Assembly (NCBI GenBank): GCA_964572055.1
Contig: CAZNDY010000002.1
Location: 5,555-68,660, forward strand
Length of the DNA stretch: 63,106 nucleotides
Origin: an uncultured Gammaproteobacteria bacterium
GTDB lineage: Bacteria > Patescibacteriota > Patescibacteriia > Patescibacteriales > UBA12465
Direction of reading: 5' to 3'
Part shown: in pieces, positions 60,932-63,106 of the stretch
Layout of the letters: every line of letters starts with the position of its first letter
How positions within the stretch are numbered: position 1 is the first letter of the stretch
Made by a program: the position numbers and the translations under genes
Notes under the pieces: generated by a model
The model's database searches: none
What the model saw: the letters and a program-made list of their open reading frames with translations, nothing else
Told to the model about the DNA's origin: nothing

Positions 60932-61378
60932 ATGTATCAAAAGTTAAAATTTTTTATTTTTTCATATTTTCCAATAACTTTTAAAATTTTAAATTTAAGA
61001 AAAGCTTACGTTAAGTTTTTTATAACTGGTTGTTTTACATTATTTTTGGATTTATTGTTTTTGTTTTTATTACACGATGTTTTAAATCAGAGTTTATTAC
61101 CGTCCACTGCCTTGGCCTTCTTTTTGTCTTTTTTGTTTAATTTTTTTACTCATAAATTTTGGACATTTAGAGATAATAATTTGGCCTATGTTCATCGCCA
61201 GCTTTTTTCTTATTTGTTTATTTCTTTTTTCAATTTATTAATAAACGTTAAATTAATGCATATCTTTTCAGGTATTAAAGGATTTAATTATCTTTGCTCT
61301 CAATCTTTGGTTACTTTAATTATTGGAATAGAAAGTTTTATTATTTATAATTTTTTTATTTTTAAGAAAAAAAGATAA
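60932..61378 (+). CDS. GtrA-family membrane protein
   Basis: 148 aa, 4 TM helices, HKFWTFRD loop motif typical of GtrA-like proteins. Confidence 0.6.
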   Translation: MYQKLKFFIFSYFPITFKILNLRKAYVKFFITGCFTLFLDLLFLFLLHDVLNQSLLPSTALAFFLSFLFNFFTHKFWTFRDNNLAYVHRQLFSYLFISFFNLLINVKLMHIFSGIKGFNYLCSQSLVTLIIGIESFIIYNFFIFKKKR

Positions 61379-61381
61379 TAT

Positions 61382-61882
61382 ATGAAGTTTTTAGTTAAAT
61401 CAATAAAATTAGAGGAGGCAAAGAATATAACTAGGCGCTTTGGTTATGCTTTGATATTTGACAGAAGGAGTGGTCAGGAAAGTTTGGTTAGGCGCTTGTC
61501 TGGTGAACATTATCCTCGTTTTCATTTGTATATAGATGAAAATAATCAGGGATGTATATTTAGTCTGCATTTAGATCAAAAAAAGGCTAGTTACGAAGGT
61601 CAACACATGCATAGTGCTGAGTATGATGGTGATTTAGTTGAGGGTGAGATAAGTGCTTTAGTTTCTTTTTTTTCAGGTCAATATGATGTTTCTCCTTTGG
61701 GATTTAAAAATAAAATAGAGAAAGAAGTTGTTGGCTGTGTCGAGAGTCAAGATGTTGATTTTAAAAATAAACCAGATTCTTTAAGGGAGGATATATTAGA
61801 TGATATGGAAATAGCTGATTTGGAGAGAGATATTGAAAATTTCAATAAAAATGTAAAAAAGAAAAGATTTTTATTTATTTAA
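61382..61882 (+). CDS. hypothetical protein (166 aa)
   Basis: Clean ORF; His-rich segment YPRFHLYIDE...LHLDQKKASYEGQHMHSAEYDG; family not recognised. Confidence 0.5.
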   Translation: MKFLVKSIKLEEAKNITRRFGYALIFDRRSGQESLVRRLSGEHYPRFHLYIDENNQGCIFSLHLDQKKASYEGQHMHSAEYDGDLVEGEISALVSFFSGQYDVSPLGFKNKIEKEVVGCVESQDVDFKNKPDSLREDILDDMEIADLERDIENFNKNVKKKRFLFI

Positions 61883-61888
61883 ATTAAA

Positions 61889-63106
61889 ATGAATCATTCA
61901 GAAGAAATAAAATCTAGAATAGATATTGTTGAACTAGTCTCACAATATCTTAACTTAAAGCCAGCTGGCTCTAATTTTAGGGGTATCTGTCCTTTTCATA
62001 ATGAAAAAACCCCTTCTTTTATGGTTTCGCCAGAAAAACAAATTTGGCATTGTTTTGGTTGTGGTAAGGGCGGTGATATTTTTTCTTTTATTATGGAAAT
62101 GGAAGGCTTAGATTTTGTAGAAACTTTAAAAATGTTAGCCCCTAGAGCCGGTGTTGTTTTGGATAATCGTGATTTCTCTGAAAATAAAAATAGAAACCGT
62201 TTGTTTGAAATTTTAGAATTTAGCTTGAAATATTATAATTTTATTTTAACCAATGAAAAAAGCAAAAATGAAAATATTGATAAGATTAAAAAATATTTAA
62301 TTCAAAGAGGTTTGAATATTGACGCTATTAATCGTTGGGGTATAGGTTATAGCTTAAATAATTATGATGATTTAATTAATTTTTTAAAAAGCAAAAAATA
62401 TACGGACAAGGAAATATTTTTAAGCGGAATGTCAGCTAAAAGCGACAAGGGTAAATATTTTAATCGTTTTCGTGATAGAATAATGTTTCCCATTAAAGAT
62501 GCTAATGGTCGAGTTTTGGCTTTTACAGCCAGAATTAATCCAGAAAATCAAGATAAGGAAAAATCTTTTGGCAAATATATAAACAGCCCTCAGACTGATT
62601 TGTATGATAAGAGCAGGGTCCTTTTTGGCTTAGATAAAGCTAAGAGCTTTATTAAGGAAAAAGATGCTGTGATTGTGGTTGAAGGACAAATGGATGTTAT
62701 CTCAGCTCATGAGGCTGGCTTTAAAAATGTTGTAGCTTCCTCTGGTACAGCATTAACAGTCTCCCAGTTAAACTTAATTAAAAGATACACCAATAATATT
62801 ATTTTGTCCTTCGATCAGGATTTAGCTGGTTCTGGTGCTACGGACAGAGGTATAGCTGAAGCCTTGAAAATGGGTTTAAATTTGAAGGTAGTGGTTTTTG
62901 ATGATAAAGAGGTCGGTAAAGACCCCGATGAGATAATTAGAGAAAATCCAACTGTTTTTGGGTCGGCTATTGAAAATTCTAGGCATATTATTGATTATTA
63001 TTTAAACAAAGAGCTCAAAAGCCTCGATTTAAATAATATTGATCAAAAAAATAAATCTGTTAACAAGATATTAACAGTTATAAACATGTTGTATAATAAA
63101 GTTGAA
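61889..63106 (+). CDS. dnaG: DNA primase, N-terminal 406 codons (3' end outside window)
   Basis: Not in the ORF track because there is no stop in the window. ATG 61889; CHC2 zinc finger CPFHNEKTPSFMVSPEKQIWHCFGCGKGGD; Toprim VVVEGQMDVISAHEAG ... DQDLAGSGAT. Confidence 0.92.
   Translation, partial: MNHSEEIKSRIDIVELVSQYLNLKPAGSNFRGICPFHNEKTPSFMVSPEKQIWHCFGCGKGGDIFSFIMEMEGLDFVETLKMLAPRAGVVLDNRDFSENKNRNRLFEILEFSLKYYNFILTNEKSKNENIDKIKKYLIQRGLNIDAINRWGIGYSLNNYDDLINFLKSKKYTDKEIFLSGMSAKSDKGKYFNRFRDRIMFPIKDANGRVLAFTARINPENQDKEKSFGKYINSPQTDLYDKSRVLFGLDKAKSFIKEKDAVIVVEGQMDVISAHEAGFKNVVASSGTALTVSQLNLIKRYTNNIILSFDQDLAGSGATDRGIAEALKMGLNLKVVVFDDKEVGKDPDEIIRENPTVFGSAIENSRHIIDYYLNKELKSLDLNNIDQKNKSVNKILTVINMLYNKVE

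Noticed and set aside
1-63106. Alternative genetic code (UGA recoding, as in Gracilibacteria/Absconditabacteria)
   Set aside because: All conserved genes (dnaE, fusA, tuf, r-proteins, mur genes) are full length with standard-code stops, and none is interrupted by TGA.

Overview
63.1-kb, very AT-rich, gene-dense bacterial chromosome segment. It holds about 70 protein genes, nearly all on the + strand, and one tRNA. Conserved genes have no in-frame TGA, so the standard code applies.

Gene content in order:
- two GT4 glycosyltransferases, mnmA, a kinase-like gene, a dGTPase-like HD protein, tRNA-Leu(CAA)
- parA-parB, dnaE, a class I (DhnA-type) aldolase, Fe/Mn SOD
- a rearranged dcw cluster: mraZ-rsmH-ftsL-ftsI-murF ... 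mraY-ftsW-murG ... murC-murB, with no murE, murD, ddl or ftsQAZ in the window
- alaS, the str operon (rpsL-rpsG-fusA ... tuf), and the S10-spc ribosomal-protein operons through secY and map, with L30 and adk absent
- ruvX, recO, scpA, scpB, a DD-carboxypeptidase, a GtrA-like protein and the 5' part of dnaG

Several traits suggest a CPR/Patescibacteria (Parcubacteria-like) genome; this is inference only. They are the missing L30, K/E-rich extensions on many r-proteins, weak Shine-Dalgarno usage and multiple pilin-like genes.

Most unusual features:
1. Four type IV pilin-like genes are fused to lectin-like heads. One carries two FISUMP-like domains and sits just before rpsL. It is broken by a 1-nt frame break in a T run. 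The other three carry LamG-like heads and are inserted as an autonomous unit between fusA and tuf.
2. A tightly packed reverse-strand three-gene operon lies inside the dcw cluster next to an SPFH gene. It encodes a 59-aa protein, a 500-aa Pol-beta-type nucleotidyltransferase flanked by coiled coils, and a 62-aa protein.
3. A small family of ~27-nt hairpin repeats, together with long structured spacers, lies inside the ribosomal-protein operons.

No CRISPR array, transposase, integrase or rRNA was seen. All domain calls are by-eye motif recognition, not database searches.
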